Shown piece after piece: positions 50,987 through 64,000 of a stretch of 64,000 bases of DNA (the first letter of the stretch is position 1; every line of letters starts with the position of its first letter). Under the pieces are notes generated by a model that saw nothing but the letters and a program-made list of their open reading frames with translations, had not been told where the DNA came from and made no database searches. Made by a program: the position numbers and the translations under genes. Origin of the DNA: Mobula hypostoma (Eukaryota); assembly GCF_963921235.1 (NCBI RefSeq), contig NC_086097.1, positions 30,444,001 to 30,508,000 of the forward strand, given 5' to 3'.

Positions 50987-52477
50987 CTAAAAGAAAAAGT
51001 CATATTGTGCCTAATTAGACTACAATTCAAAGTACATTGCATATAGGTCAGTTATCTGAGGCAGTGGTATAGGCTGCATTTTAATCATCTCCCCCATCCA
51101 CATACAGAACAACACTGACCAGAACTACAAGCTCAGACAACGAACAAACAACTGGAGTAATCAGCAGGTCAGGCTGTTTCCATGGACTTGGTCTCCACCT
51201 GGAACGTCCAATATCTTTTTCCCCTCTAGAAATGCTGTCCTCCAGCAGTTTGTTGTTTTGCTTCAGATTCCAGCATCTGCAGTCTCTTGCGTCTGCATGG
51301 ATGTGTATATGGGGAAAAAGCCGGAAACTGGAACCAGATGGGAGAATAGTTTAGCTCATGGAGGAGTGGCAGAGCAGACTCGATGGGCCGAATGGCCTTC
51401 TGCTCCTTTGTCTTGTGATCTTGTAATTTCATGAGAGACTCCCCCCAACTCTGACAGCAAATCAGGATTTGTAATTGGAAGAGCAGCGTATCCGGCTTTC
51501 CCTACTCCTTAACATTCCCTACTGAGGAATAGCCACGGGCTGCTTCCTCTTCACTCTTTCAGCACCAAAAGCTCCAAAACCTCTGGAAATACAGCAGGAC
51601 TTCCAATCCCAAGCAGCTTATGCCATGGGCCATAAAACATAGGAGCAGAATTAGGCTATTTGGCCCATCAAGTCTACTCTGCCATTCAATCATGGATAGA
51701 AAATCAGCCATCTCAAGTCAATTTCCCTGCCCTTTCCCCATAACCTTTAGTAATCAATAACCTATCAATCTCTATTTTAAATAGACCCAATTATTTTCCC
51801 TCTACAGCTATCTGCAACAATGAATTCCACAGACTCACCACTCTCTGGCTAAAGAAATACCTCCTTCACCTCTATTCTAAAGGATGTATATGTGGGGCTT
51901 GTATTATGAGACTGTGCCCTCTGGTCCTTGACTCACTCACATTTGGAAACATCCTTTCCATTTCCACTATCTGGACCATTCTATGCCCAAGAGTGGATGA
52001 CAGAAACCAGAGATGGGCATCCAACTGGAGCCCAAAAGACCAAGACACACAGGAACAGAATTAGGCCACCATTCACATCTACTCCACCATTCAATCACTT
52101 TCCCTTTAACTCCTTAATTTGACACCCTTTTGATCAACAGCCTATCAACTTCACTTTAAATATACCCAGAGTTAGTCATCCAGCTGAAGTCTGATGAAGT
52201 CTCTTGTAACCATTCTCCCTTGCTCCTGAAGCCTCAAAGGAGTTTTTGTAACAGCTTGACTGCTCGCTCTCCCATTCCCACACCTCTTGACAACCCCAAA
52301 ATCCAGTGTGAAGGGAAATGGAGAGTCTGACTGCTGGAGAAAGGAGAGTGGGAGAAAGGCAGCGGGTACATGAGGCATCACTTCCAGGATGCCATACCCT
52401 CACCCCCCCCCCACCCCCGGTCGCTGAAGCAAAACAATGCATTTCACTGTACATTTCAATGTACATGTGAGAAATAA

Positions 52478-52515
52478 ATGTGTATATACACACATATATA
52501 CACACACACACACAC
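52478..52515. repeat. (CA)n/(TA)n tract, read as (UG)n in the pre-mRNA just after exon 10
   Basis: Visible repeat starting ~25 nt downstream of the exon 10 donor. Confidence 0.9.
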
Positions 52516-52539
52516 AAAAATATAAAACAGAATACTGAC

Positions 52540-52653
52540 GGAGGTCACAGTTTTGTCCAGACCATCCCGGAAGGCAGTCACAGTAATATCCACCAATCAA
52601 ATTTCTGCAAGTGTAAGAGTGAACACAAGGCTCCGCCTCACATTCATTAGCAT
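52540..52653 (-). CDS. JAG2: JAG2 exon 10 (114 bp), EGF6
   Basis: tcacag|ATGCT...CTCC|gtcagt; [38 protein letters not shown]. Confidence 0.93.
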
Positions 52654-54955
52654 CTGTGAAAGGAGAGGGAAGAGATGCAAAAGAACGAGAAAAAGAGATA
52701 GTCAGCAACCACACCATAAAAAGCATGCAAGCAGAAAAGCTAGAGAAAGACCCAACACATTCCCATTGAAAAAAGTCCAAATCTGTCCAGTTATGCTCTT
52801 AAAAAAAATGATGCTTGAGCAATTAATCATTGGAGACACTCAACAAGTCGGGCATCATCTGTGGCGAGAGAATCAGAATTAAGATTTCAAGTCACGGACC
52901 GTTCACCTGAGGTCCTTTGCTCCATCTAACAGTCTCATATCTGACAATGATTACTTCTCTCACTGCAGAAGCTGCCTGCGCTACTGAGTGTTTCCAGCAT
53001 TCTGTGGCCAAACTCCTGGAGAAACTCAGCTCGTCAAGCAGCATCTGTGGAGGGAAATGGACAGTCGAGACTCTTCCTCTGGCCTGGAAAGAGGGGAGTT
53101 AGCCAGTCCAAAAAGGGTGTGGAGCAAGAATTAGCAGGTAATGGGTGCATCCAGATTTGGGGCGGGGGGGGTGAGGGTTGATAGGCAAGTGAAGGAGAGG
53201 GAAAACAGAGTGTTACATCATATTACAGGCCCTTCAGTCCATAAGGTTGTGCCAACCTTCTAACCTACTCCATGATCAATCTAAGCCTTCTCTCCTACGT
53301 AGCCCTTTTTTTTATATCATCTATGTGCATATCTAGGAGTCTCTTAAAAGTCCCTAGAGCATCTTTAATGTACCTAACTTAATGTAAAAAAGGTGGAAGC
53401 TCTTGCTCCACCCCCTCCCCCATTTTATATTGGCTCTCAACCCGAAATATTCACTGTGCATTTCCCTCCCAGATGCTGCCCAACCCGTTGAACTCCTTCA
53501 GCATTTTGCATGTTGTCCAGATTTCCAGCATCTGCAGATTTTTAACAAAAACAATTCTCCTTTATCTGGTGCGCCTCTGCAATGCTCCACTCACAGCAGT
53601 GAGGGTTAGAGGACAAGAGTATACACCTCTAAACGCTCGCATTGTGGCCCCAAAACAGAAGGAACTGGGGATTAGTAACACACACAGGTGGGTGCCTGCT
53701 TCCCTGTTTGCAGAAGTTCACAAAGCAATGACCAAACCCTGTGACCTCACAAATAGAGCAAGGCCATTCAGCCTCTAAGGACTTTCCTACCACTCAATTA
53801 GATAATGGCTGACTTGCACACAGACTCGTACCCTCCAACACCGTTGTCCAAACAAAAACAAATTAACAGCGGTACCCAGTCTTGCTCTATAGTTAGACAT
53901 GCATGGAGCACTTTGAGAGCCAGTTGTACAGCATGGGAAAAGGCCCTTCAGCTCATGAAGTTCCATGCCAACTAAGATGTACATTTCTCAGGACTTGACC
54001 CATATTTAAACTCTTTCAATCCACATACCCGTCCACATTCTTCTTAAATGTACGTAACACAACTGCCTCAACCACTTCCTCAAGCAGCCTGTTCCACACC
54101 ATTCAGCACATCTAAGAAGCACTTAGACAGGCACATGGATGAAAGAAGAATGGAGGACTATGTGGGAGGGAAGGGCTAGATTGATCTTGGAGTAGGTTTA
54201 AAGGTTGACCCAATATTGTGGGCTGAAGGGCCTGTACTATACTGTACTGCTCCGCTCCATCTTCTATGTTCTATTATTTAATGGTTCCTCTGGTACAAGA
54301 TACATGAACCAGGACTTTCTCAGATCTGTGTGTTTTTAAATAGGTGCTGAGGTCAAGAGGGTAAATGTAAAGTAAGAAATACTCTGAAAACCTTTGGATA
54401 AAGCCTGCTGAGGCTGACATGGGTTCGGAAAGCCTTGTGCAGACTGCAGGACTCTCATCTCTGCCAGGTCTCCACCCTAAGCAAACACTCGAAATCTATT
54501 AAGGGTTAGGTGACCGATTGTGTATATTAATACACACTCCTCTCTAAACCATTTTCCCGGTTACCACAACATTTCCCCCCCACGTATACAGTAATCACTG
54601 CAATTAAAAACAGGAAACAGAAGTTGAGATTTCAGGGAGGGAATTCAGTACCACCACAAACAGGGCACCCGAATGAAGCCATGCCAACCATACTGAGAGA
54701 GAAATTGGCCTTAGGCCTGTCCCCACCCTGCAGGAGACAGGGATAAGCATGCTGCAAGGACAAAAGAGCGGAATTCAGCAATTATATACTGGTCTGTCCT
54801 TCAAGATCATGGCCAAACTATACCTCCACTCCATTTCACTACACTATCAAGATTGTTACACACAGCAACAAGCCTTAACTGCAAGAGGCAATCAACAATC
54901 TATTTACTCAGTCTCAACCAGTTTACCAAGCAAAAAACAGCTTGAGACTCCCTAC

Positions 54956-55069
54956 CCAGCTGGCAGGTCTTCCCAATCCACTGTGAGGGGCAGATGCACT
55001 CAAACCCATTAACACGGTCAATGCAAGTCCCACCGTGTGCACATGGACGTGATACACAGTCATTTATAT
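54956..55069 (-). CDS. JAG2: JAG2 exon 9 (114 bp), EGF5
   Basis: Not in the ORF track; read manually: ccacag|ATATA...CTGG|gtaggg; [38 protein letters not shown]. Confidence 0.93.
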
Positions 55070-55303
55070 CTGTGGAGAGAGATAGTTGGTCAGTCAGTGA
55101 GCGAGAATTAGAATTAGTTTTATCATCACCGAATTAGATGACGTAAAATTGGCTCTACAGCAGTACAACACAAAGAGAGCAAGGGAGGGGTGGGTGAGGG
55201 GGGAGGGGCGATCTACCGGTGGGGGGGGGTGGAGGAAGGGGGGGGCGAAGGGGAAGGAAGGAGGAAACTACATCCACCACTGAATGTAACAGAACCAACC
55301 TAC

Positions 55304-55417
55304 CGATGGCACAGGTTGTCCCATTCCAACCCGAAGGACACTGGCATTCAAAACCAGTTGGGACCTCATGGCAGGTACCTCCATTTGCACAGGGGTTGGA
55401 CACACAAGCATGCTCAG
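55304..55417 (-). CDS. JAG2: JAG2 exon 8 (114 bp), EGF4
   Basis: ttctag|CTGAG...ATCG|gtaggt; [38 protein letters not shown]. Confidence 0.95.
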
Positions 55418-55589
55418 CTAGAACCAAAGAAGCCAGTGGGAGATGATTAGAGCCAAATTCAAAACTTGGACAACATAATCCTCCCCACCTCACTCCAAAA
55501 CTTGCACAAATTAATCCTCCCGATCTGAACCTGCCTCAACAAAGGATCAAGAGAAGGCACTGACCAAAACTGGTGGGTGAGCGGTTTCA

Positions 55590-56165
55590 TCTTCCTGCGT
55601 GTCAACACCTCTGAAGATCTATCCTGGGCCCCAACATATTGATGCAATTACAAGGGCAGTGCAATTACAAGACGTGCAAATTTTACAGATGTACCGTGAA
55701 GAGCATTCTAATAGGTTCATCACCCTCTTGTATGGAGGGGCAACTGCCAAGGAACAGGAAAAGCTGCAGAAAGTTGCAAACTCAACCAGCTCCAACATGG
55801 GCATAGTATCCCCAGCCTCAAGAACATCTTCAACGAGCAATGCCTCAAAAAGGCAGCATCCATTATTAAGGTCTCCCATCACCCAGAACATGCTCTCTTC
55901 TCATTGCTACCATCAAGGTGGTGGTGCAGAAGCCTAAAGACATACACTCAATGTTTTAGGATCAGCTCCTTCCCATCCGCCATCACATTTATGAATGCAC
56001 AATGAACCGATGTACACTACCTCACTGTATTTTTCCTCTTTTTGCGCTACTTAATTTTATATATTTCTTATTGTAATTTAGTTTTTATTTTGTATTACAA
56101 TGTACTGCTGCTGAAAATCAATATATTTTACAACATATGCCAGTGATATTAAAACTGATTCTGAT
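55590..56165 (+). mobile_element. Rex1/Babar-like 3' fragment
   Basis: SEDLSWAQHIDAIT..LLYGGATA motifs; ctgattctga tail. Confidence 0.7.
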
Positions 56166-57429
56166 GTTAGATTACCACAAAATTCAGATAGACTTCAAAG
56201 ATAAGCTTTATCTTAATGATTAGCTTTATTTGTCACATGTACATCGAAACAGTAGAATGTGTCACTTCAGTCAACAACTAACACCGCCCAAGGATGTGCT
56301 GGGGGGTAGCCCCAAGTGTCACTATGCTTCCGTTATTAGTATCTCATCCCCACAACTTACTAAATTTAACCCCAGGTCTTTAGAACATGGGAGGAAACTG
56401 GAGCACCCGCAGGAAACCCATGTGGTCACGGAAGAACGTACAAACATTTTACAGGCAGCGGAGGATATTGAAGCCTGATCGCTGATTCCTGATGTTGTAA
56501 AGTGTTATGCTAACTAACATCAAGTGTTACACCAACTAACTAACAACATCCACCAAAAACCTCCTTTTATCCGCTCCCTGGCCTTCCAATGAAATACTTT
56601 CTTGCTCTAACAGAGTGGCCATTGGAAATAGGATTGTGCCTCTGAATAAGTTGCATTACTAAATCAAAATATTCTCCAACTTCCAGTAATTTCTCCCCTT
56701 CTCTCTTTTTCCATTCCCTATTCTAGTTGCCCTCTTACCCTTTTTCTTCTCATCTACCTATCATCTCTCCCTGGTGCCCCTCCTCCTCCTCTTTCTCCCA
56801 TGGTCCACTCTCTTCTATCAGATTCCTCCTTCTTCAGCCCTCAACTTCTTTCACCTATCACCTCCCGGGTTCTTACTTCATCCCCCTTCCCCCACCCACC
56901 TTACCCCTCACCTGGTTTCACCCATCACTGTCAGCTTTTACTCCTCCCACCTTCAAATTCTAGATTCTTCCACCTTCCTTTCCTCTCTAGATGACCGTTT
57001 CTTCCCAAAACAACATCTGTTTATTCCCCTCCATAGATGCTGCCTCACATGGGAAGTTCCTCCAGCATTTTGTATGTGTGCTTGTCTGGATTTCCAGCAT
57101 CTGCAGAATCCCTATGTTTAACATTAGTCAGTAAAGATCCCAACCACCCAGGCCATTCCATCTTCTCACAGCTACCATCAGGCAGGAGGTACAGAAGCTT
57201 TAAGACTCACACCACCAGGTTTAGGAACAGCTACTTCCCTGCAACTACTCAGTTCCTGAATCTTCCATGCAACCATGATCACTACAGTTTAGTAACACTT
57301 TGATCGCTTTGCACTTAAATGGACTATTTTTGATCTATTTGTGGTCTTTCTTGTAAAAATTGTATATAATTTTTAATCTACAGGTAGTTGTGCATCTGGT
57401 CTCATGGTTGCAGTATGTTACACACTTAC

Positions 57430-57549
57430 CAATCTCACAGGTCTTGCCAGAATATCCTTCAGGACAGGCACATTGGTACTCGTCAGGTTCTGTGTTCATG
57501 CAGGTCCCTCCGTTGACACACGGATGGTGCGTCCCACAGTAATTCAAAT
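57430..57549 (-). CDS. JAG2: JAG2 exon 7 (120 bp), EGF3
   Basis: ctgaag|ATTTG...ATTG|gtaagt; [40 protein letters not shown]. Confidence 0.95.
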
Positions 57550-60005
57550 CTTCAGGGGTGAAGAGAATTGTTTTCAGTTAAAGGGTCAGACACAGAAGCC
57601 ACGTGCACACACCAAGACCCTCGGGGCTGAGATACCAGACATTCAGCCAGGTCTGTGTACAAGCAAGGACCTGTCATTGTCCCAGGGCAATCATTGATCG
57701 GCCAGGTGCATAGTTCAATTCACACAAAGGTTTAAAACTGTGTTGCTTTTAAACCAAATTCTGTCCTTAAAGGTTTTGAAGATGTTAATAAAGTAATAGG
57801 CATGTTCTAATGGATATACTGGTAGAGGTCACTTGACATTGAGAGAAAGTATTGGGGAAGTTAACCCAAAGTTTCCCATATTTTGAGGAAAACAAAGTAA
57901 TAACATGAACTTAAACTGGAATTAGAAACCAGGCTCAACACAAAGTGAAACAGCTTACGTTTGACTGGTTGCCTCGTTATAGGAAGGAGTGAAAGTTTTA
58001 GACAGGATGCAGAGATTTACCAGAATGCTGCCTGGATAAAAGAGCAGGTCATATGAGGATAGATTGAGTGAGCTAGGGCTTTTCTCGTTGGAGTGAAGGA
58101 GGATGGGAGGTGACTTAAGAGAGGTGTACACCTTGGTGAGAGGCATAGATAAAATGGACAACCAACACCTTTTTCTCAGGGTGGAAATGGCTAATATGAA
58201 AGGGCGTAATTTCAAGATGTTTGGAAAGAAGTATAGGACATGTCAGAGATATGCTCTGTTTTGTTGCTGTTGTTTTTTTTTAAAACACACAGACTGGTGG
58301 GTGCAGGCACATGCTGCCAGGGACAATGGTAGAACAAATATATCAGGAACATTAAAAAGACTCTTGGATAGGCACATGGATGATATAAAAATGGAGGTCG
58401 ATGTGGGAGGGAAGTGTTAGATTAATCTGAGTAAGTTAAAAGGTCAGCATGACATTAAGGCTGAAGGGCATGTACTGTGCTGTACTGTTAAATGTTCTAT
58501 GTAATTTGTCTGAAGACAATGGGGCTTAGAGTCAAAGAATTGCACAGCAAAGGAATGGGCCCTTCAGCCTATCATGTCTATGCAGACCCTGCCGATCTAC
58601 ATTAATCCCATGTGCCAGCTCTAGGTTTCTACCATGCTACATGCGTTTACCTAAACACCTCTTATTCATAGTGGTTGTATATCTGATTCTACTATCTCCA
58701 TTACAGTAGATATTAACTATTTTCAGAGTAAAACCAAATTTGTCCCTCAGATCCCCTTTAAAACTCTTCTATCAACCTAAAACTATGACCTCCAGTTTTT
58801 GATACTCCAGCCATGGGAAAAAGATTGTGACCATCAACCCTCTCTCCATGTTTTTCATAATCAAGTCAAAGAGCTCTAGAGCTCAGAAACAAGCCCTTTG
58901 GCCCATCTAGTTGGTTCCAAACTGTTATTCTGTCTAGATGTGTGGAAATGTTATTCTACCTAGTCCCATCAACCTACACCTGGGCTTTAAACCTCCAGTT
59001 TTCTTGAATATCAGCTTCTTTCACTCCAACAAAAACAAACTCAGCCTATCCAATCTCTCCCCTTAGCCAAGTCCTCCAATCCAAGCAACATCCTGGCAAA
59101 CCTCCTCTGCAGTCTTTCCTGCACAATCACAACCTTCCTGTAGATTGTCAGGGAGGAGGAGGAAATAAGCTAAGGGCTGAAACTAAAACTGTAAGGATTT
59201 TGATGGATGCATCCTCAAAACTATACAAAATATTCAGCATTAAATGGAACCATTAAGTGCGTGACTCAACTTGCCATTACAGCATCTCCTCAAAGGCAGG
59301 AAACTAGTCAATCCTGCAATTTCAATGGGGTGTAATGGTGGGCGTGTGAAATTTTCAGCAAGGCTTCCTGTTGAGGTACAGCTTTTACTCAATCAGGAGT
59401 GGAGACAGCAAAGAGAACTGGGTTTCCAAAATGCCAGAGTGGCTGGCCAGTACAAAATGGTCTCTGGAGCAAGGCAAAACAATGAAGTGAAAATAGTCTC
59501 AGGGACTGAAATTCAAAATGAGCCTTGCAGAGACTTCATAGCAAGGAAAATGGAAAATTTGAATCATAGTGGCATAGAGCACTACAACACAGAAACAGGC
59601 CCTCCAGCCTATCTAGTCTATGCTGAACTATTATTCTACCTAGTCCCATTGACCCACACGTGGATCACAGCTCTCCATACATCTACTTATACAAATTTTT
59701 CTTAAATATTGCAATCGAACCCGTATCCACCACTTCTGGTGGCAGCTTGTTCCACACTCTCACTACCCGCTGAGTGAAGTAGTTCCCTCTCAGGTCCTCG
59801 AACATTTCACCTCTCACTCTTAACCTCTGACTACAAATTTGGTTCAAATGATCAGTGCCTGAAATCTGCAACCATCTCTGTCCATATAACCCACTCCTTT
59901 ACTCCAAAGTTATTTGATCCCTCTTGACTAGAGCTATACCATTCACTCCAGCACTCTTTGAAAAAGTGAGTTCTGCATTCTCATTACTCTGAGAAAAATT
60001 TTAGA

Positions 60006-60089
60006 ACAGAGATGAGGAAGAATTTCTTTAGCCACAGAGATGAGGAAGAATTTCTTCAGCCACAGAGATGAGGAAGAATTTCTTTAGCC
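60006..60089 (+). repeat. 28-bp tandem triplication at the 5' edge of a CR1 3' fragment
   Basis: acagagatgaggaagaatttctttagcc x3, one mismatch in copy 2. Confidence 0.95.
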
Positions 60090-60489
60090 AAAGGGTGGTG
60101 AATCTGTGGAATTCAATGCCACAGATGGCTGTGGAGCCCAAGTCATTGGGTATTTTTAAAACCGAGGTCGATTGGTTCTTGATTAGTAAGGGTGTCAAAA
60201 CTTATGGGATGAAGGCAGGAGAATGGGGTTGACAGGACGAATAAATCAGCCATGACGGAATGTCAGAGCATACATGATGGACCGAATGACCTAATTCTGT
60301 TCCTATGTCTCATGGTCCAAATTGTTTCTCCAGATTTGCTTAGGCAAGTCAGCCCATCAGAAAGGGCAGTGCCGGATCTTTCTGTCTCACTGGGAGCACA
60401 TTGAGGATTGTGGCATACTGATAGAACTGTTGATCAGTATAAACAGCATATGCATTATCTATCTACAGTTCATTAGTAGATATTTGTAC

Positions 60490-60620
60490 CTTTATTGCAG
60501 AGTAGACCACCCCAGTTGGTTTCACAATTACATTTCCACGGCTCCACACACGTCCCATGGACACAGCCTGGGTATGGAACACACTCATCACAGAACTGCC
60601 CCTGCCATCCGTACAGACAT
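60490..60620 (-). CDS. JAG2: JAG2 exon 6 (131 bp), EGF1 end and EGF2
   Basis: ttccag|ATGT...AAAG|gtacaa; [43 protein letters not shown]. Confidence 0.95.
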
Positions 60621-61399
60621 CTGGAAAGAGAGGGTGAATCAAGGTTAAAACTAGCCATACAGAGGAACTTCCAGGTGCAAGGTACCTTTGAGCTGTAACA
60701 TTCAGATTGATCACCAATAGGTCAATGGCAGCACTTCTGATACACCTAAAGACCATCACGTACATCTTGTGTCCAAGGCAGGCACAATGAAACCTTGAAC
60801 AGTACAAGCCCTTCAGCTCATGATAGTGAGCTGACTTTTTAAACCCACTTTAAGATCAACCTAACATTTCCCTCCTACATACTCATACTTTTTTTTTCCC
60901 CATTCATGTACCTATTTAAGAGTCTCTTAAATATTCCTAATATATCTGCCTCTACCACCACCCTGTCAGGGTGTGCCAGAGACTTAACACTGTAAAAATC
61001 TACCTCTGACATCCACCCCCGCTACACTTTCCTCCAAACACCTTAAAATTATGCCCTCCAGTACTCCAATGTATTTGGCTGTCCACTCTATCTATGCCTC
61101 AATCAAGTCACCTCCCACCCTCCTTCGCTCTAGGGAAAATCCTTAGCTTGCTCAACCTTGCTCATAAGACAGATGCACTGAAGCCTTTTATTTTATTTAG
61201 AGACAAAGTACAGTAACAAGCCCTTCTGGGCCAACGAGCCTGTGCCGCACAATTACATCCATGTGATCTACTAACCCTCAAGCCTTTGGGATACGGGAAG
61301 AAACCAGAGCACCCGGATGAAAACATAGCTGTCATACACAGAATGTACAAGCTCCTTACAGAAAGCAGCTGAATTGAACCTGGATCACTAAAAACCACA

Positions 61400-62360
61400 A
61401 CACTAAAATTCATCTCCTCCCCAATCTCCATCAGCAGAGGAACACCGCAGGGATGTGTACTAAGCCCCCGGCTCTACTCTCTTTCCACCCATGACTGTGT
61501 GGCTAAATACACCTCCAACACCATATATAAGTTTGCTAATGACACCACTGTTATTGGCTGCATCAAAGGTGGTGAATCAGCGTACAGGAGGGAGCCTGAA
61601 AATTTGACTGAGTCGTGTAATAACAACAACCTCTCATGTCAATAAGACCAAGGAACTGATTGTAGACTTCAGGAGAGGGAAACCAGAGGTCCAAGAGCCA
61701 GTAATCAGAGGTGGAGAGGGTCAGTAATTTTAAATTCCTGGGTGTCACCATCTTGGAGGACCTGTCGTGGACCCATCATATAAATACAATTGTGAAGAAA
61801 GCACAACAGCACCTCTACTTCCTTAGGAGTCTGCAGGAATTCGGCATGTCAAAAAACTTAGATGTGCAGTGGAAAGTGTGCTGACTGGCTGCATTACAGC
61901 CTGGTATAGGAACACCAATGCCTTTGAGCGGAAAATCCTATAAATGGTAGTGGATTCAGTCCAATACATCACAGGTAAAAACCTCCCAACTATTGAGCAT
62001 ATCTACGTGAAACATTGCCATAGAAGAGCAGCGTCCAAAGATCCTCACTACCCAGGCCACGCTCTCTTCTCGCTGCTGCCATCAGGTAGAAGGTATAAGT
62101 TCCTCAGGAACACACCACCAAGTTCAAGAACAGTTACTACACCTCAACCATCAGGCTATTGAAAAAAAGGGATAATTATACTAATTTAAGGACTCTTACC
62201 TCATTATTTCATGATTATTTATTGCTATTTATTTATATTTGCATTGTCCATTGTTTACAGTTACTGTTCTATAGATTTGCTGAGTATGCCTGCAGAAAAA
62301 TGAATCTCAGGGCTGTATGTGATGACACGTAGGTACTCTAATAATAAATTTTACTTTGAA
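61400..62360 (+). mobile_element. Rex1/Babar-like LINE 3' part
   Basis: GTPQGCVLSP..KFANDTT..KTKELIVDFRR; tail aataaattttactttgaac. Confidence 0.8.
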
Positions 62361-62760
62361 CACTACCGTGCAACCCTTCCAGCTCATATTCAGAACCCTC
62401 CAAAATAGAAGGGAGGGGACCTGGAATGTATTAACCATGATCAAGCTGAATAGTGAGGCTGGTTTAAGAGGGCAAGAGGCCAACCCCAGCTCCGATTTTC
62501 CAACATTCCATATCCCTTTGAAAACTAACATGTACTTCCTGCAAGTTGCCACAAGCAGGCTGCTAATGACAGCATCAAGCTCCTGGAGAAGACAAAATAC
62601 CAGAGTTATCCATGCTGGGAGCAAGATGGGAGAACTCAGAATTACACCCCTTACAGCAGATTACAAACACGAGATTGTGCAGATGCTGGAAATCCAGAGT
62701 AACACCACAAAATGCGGGAGGAATTCAACAGGTCAGGCTGCCTCTACAGAGGGCAATAAC

Positions 62761-62796
62761 AGTCGATGTTTCAGGTTGAGACTCTTCATCAGCACT
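62761..62796 (-). ncRNA. Decayed hammerhead motif in a Penelope-like 3' end
   Basis: Reverse complement AGTG-CTGATGA-AGAGTCTCAACCT-GAAACATC-GACT. Confidence 0.5.
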
Positions 62797-63229
62797 AGAA
62801 AGGAAAGAGGAAGGAAGCCCCCCCCCCGCACCAAAAAAAGCCCCTTGTAGCAGAGAAGGTTTGGGGAAAGATTATTGTTCAAAAGTGAGGAGTTTTAACA
62901 AACTTCAAAATTTCAGGAACACTGATTTAAGATAATGGGCCAGAGACAAGATTTATTTTCAAAAATCTAGACTGCATTACCCAAAAAGGAGACAGAACAT
63001 AGCACAGTACCATACAGGTTGTGCCATCCTTTTTAACCTACTCCAAGATCAATCTAACCCTTTCCTCTCACATAGTCCTCCATTTTGCACAAGAAGCAGA
63101 CACAACAGAAATTAGATACGCTAACAGGAATATGAAGGAAGAGTGGATATGGATGCATATCATATTAACTGAACACAACTAGGAGCTGAATAACTAGTGC
63201 AGAGAGACCTTCCAGTTTACACACACATA

Positions 63230-63865
63230 ACTACAGGTTGAGTAAGGAAGGGAAATGCAATGTCAGCATTCATTCCAGAGGACTAGAATATGAAAGCAAG
63301 GATGTAATGCTGAGGCTTTAGAAGGCATTGGTCAGACTGCATTTGGAGTAGTTTGAGCAGTTTTGGGCCCCTTCTCTTAGAAAGTATGCGGTGGCATTGA
63401 AGAGGGCCCAGAGGAGGTTCACGAGAATGAACGAGCTAACATATGAGGAGTGTCTACGAAAGCTCTGGGCCTGTACACACTGGAGTTTACAAGAATGAAG
63501 GGAGATCTCATTGAAACTTACCGAAGAGCGAGTGGATGTAGAGAGGTTGTTTCCAGTAATGGGAGAGTATGGGGACCAGAAGGCTCAGCTTCAGAATACA
63601 AGGACATCCCTTTACAGCAGAGATAAGGAATTTCTTTGGCAAGAGGGTGGTGAACCTGTGGAATTTTTTTGTGTCAGACAGCTATGGTGGCCAAGTCACT
63701 GGGTACATTTAAAGTGAAGATTGAAAATTTCCTGATTAGTAAGGATGTCACAGGTTATGGGGAGAAGATAGGAGAATAGTTTTGAGAGGGAAACTAGATC
63801 AGCCGTGATGGAATGGTGGAGCAGACTTGATTGGCCTTTATCTGCTCCTATGTCTTATGGTCTCT
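63230..63865 (+). mobile_element. Old CR1-like 3' fragment
   Basis: RGLEYESKDVMLRL..LVRLHLE motifs; tail ctcctatgtcttatggtc. Confidence 0.75.
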
Positions 63866-64000
63866 CACACACACAAGGAGTGCCTTGTCAGAGACAGGAG
63901 CAGGCATATCTGGTGAAAGGTAACTTCAGCTATTATAAGGGCGGCAGGGAGCTTCCTTATTGTTGGCAATGACTTAAGTCACAGCTGTCTCGGCATCATT

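Noticed and set aside
59271..59705. 144-aa plus-strand ORF
   Set aside because: TTG start, no recognisable domain, and it runs into a repeat.
60006..60089. 28-bp direct repeats as a CRISPR array
   Set aside because: No spacers, the repeat is CR1 sequence, the context is eukaryotic and there are no cas genes.
62356..62850. 164-aa plus-strand ORF
   Set aside because: No recognisable domain, and the 3' part is a Penelope end.
60621..64000. JAG2 exon 5 or DSL exon
   Set aside because: No matching peptide with splice sites was found; these exons probably lie beyond the window.

Overview
Vertebrate nuclear DNA. The repeat content (CR1/HER1-like LINEs, V-SINE-like elements, Rex1/Babar, Penelope-like, Tc1) suggests a cartilaginous fish, probably a batoid; this is inference. 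Almost the whole window lies inside one minus-strand gene, jagged-2 (JAG2, a Notch ligand). I read 18 coding exons with GT-AG boundaries and consistent phase (1,995 nt, EGF1/2 through the start of the VWC/cysteine-rich region; exons 6 to 23 by human numbering, with exon 23 cut by the window edge). The introns are dominated by nested transposon fragments. Most notable hidden signals: (1) many copies of a minimal type-I hammerhead-ribozyme motif in Penelope-like 3' ends and in short palindromic derivatives; (2) two tandem, intronless, decayed GID4 retrocopy fragments in intron 13 that are not evident from the ORF track; (3) a complete 419-bp non-autonomous RTE-type element with a perfect 12-bp TSD and a possible HDV-like 5' fold; (4) a weak donor plus UG tract at the EGF6 exon, suggesting cassette splicing. 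No prokaryotic system or CRISPR array is present. TE family names come from recalled motifs, not database searches, and TE boundaries are approximate unless a TSD or TIR is given.
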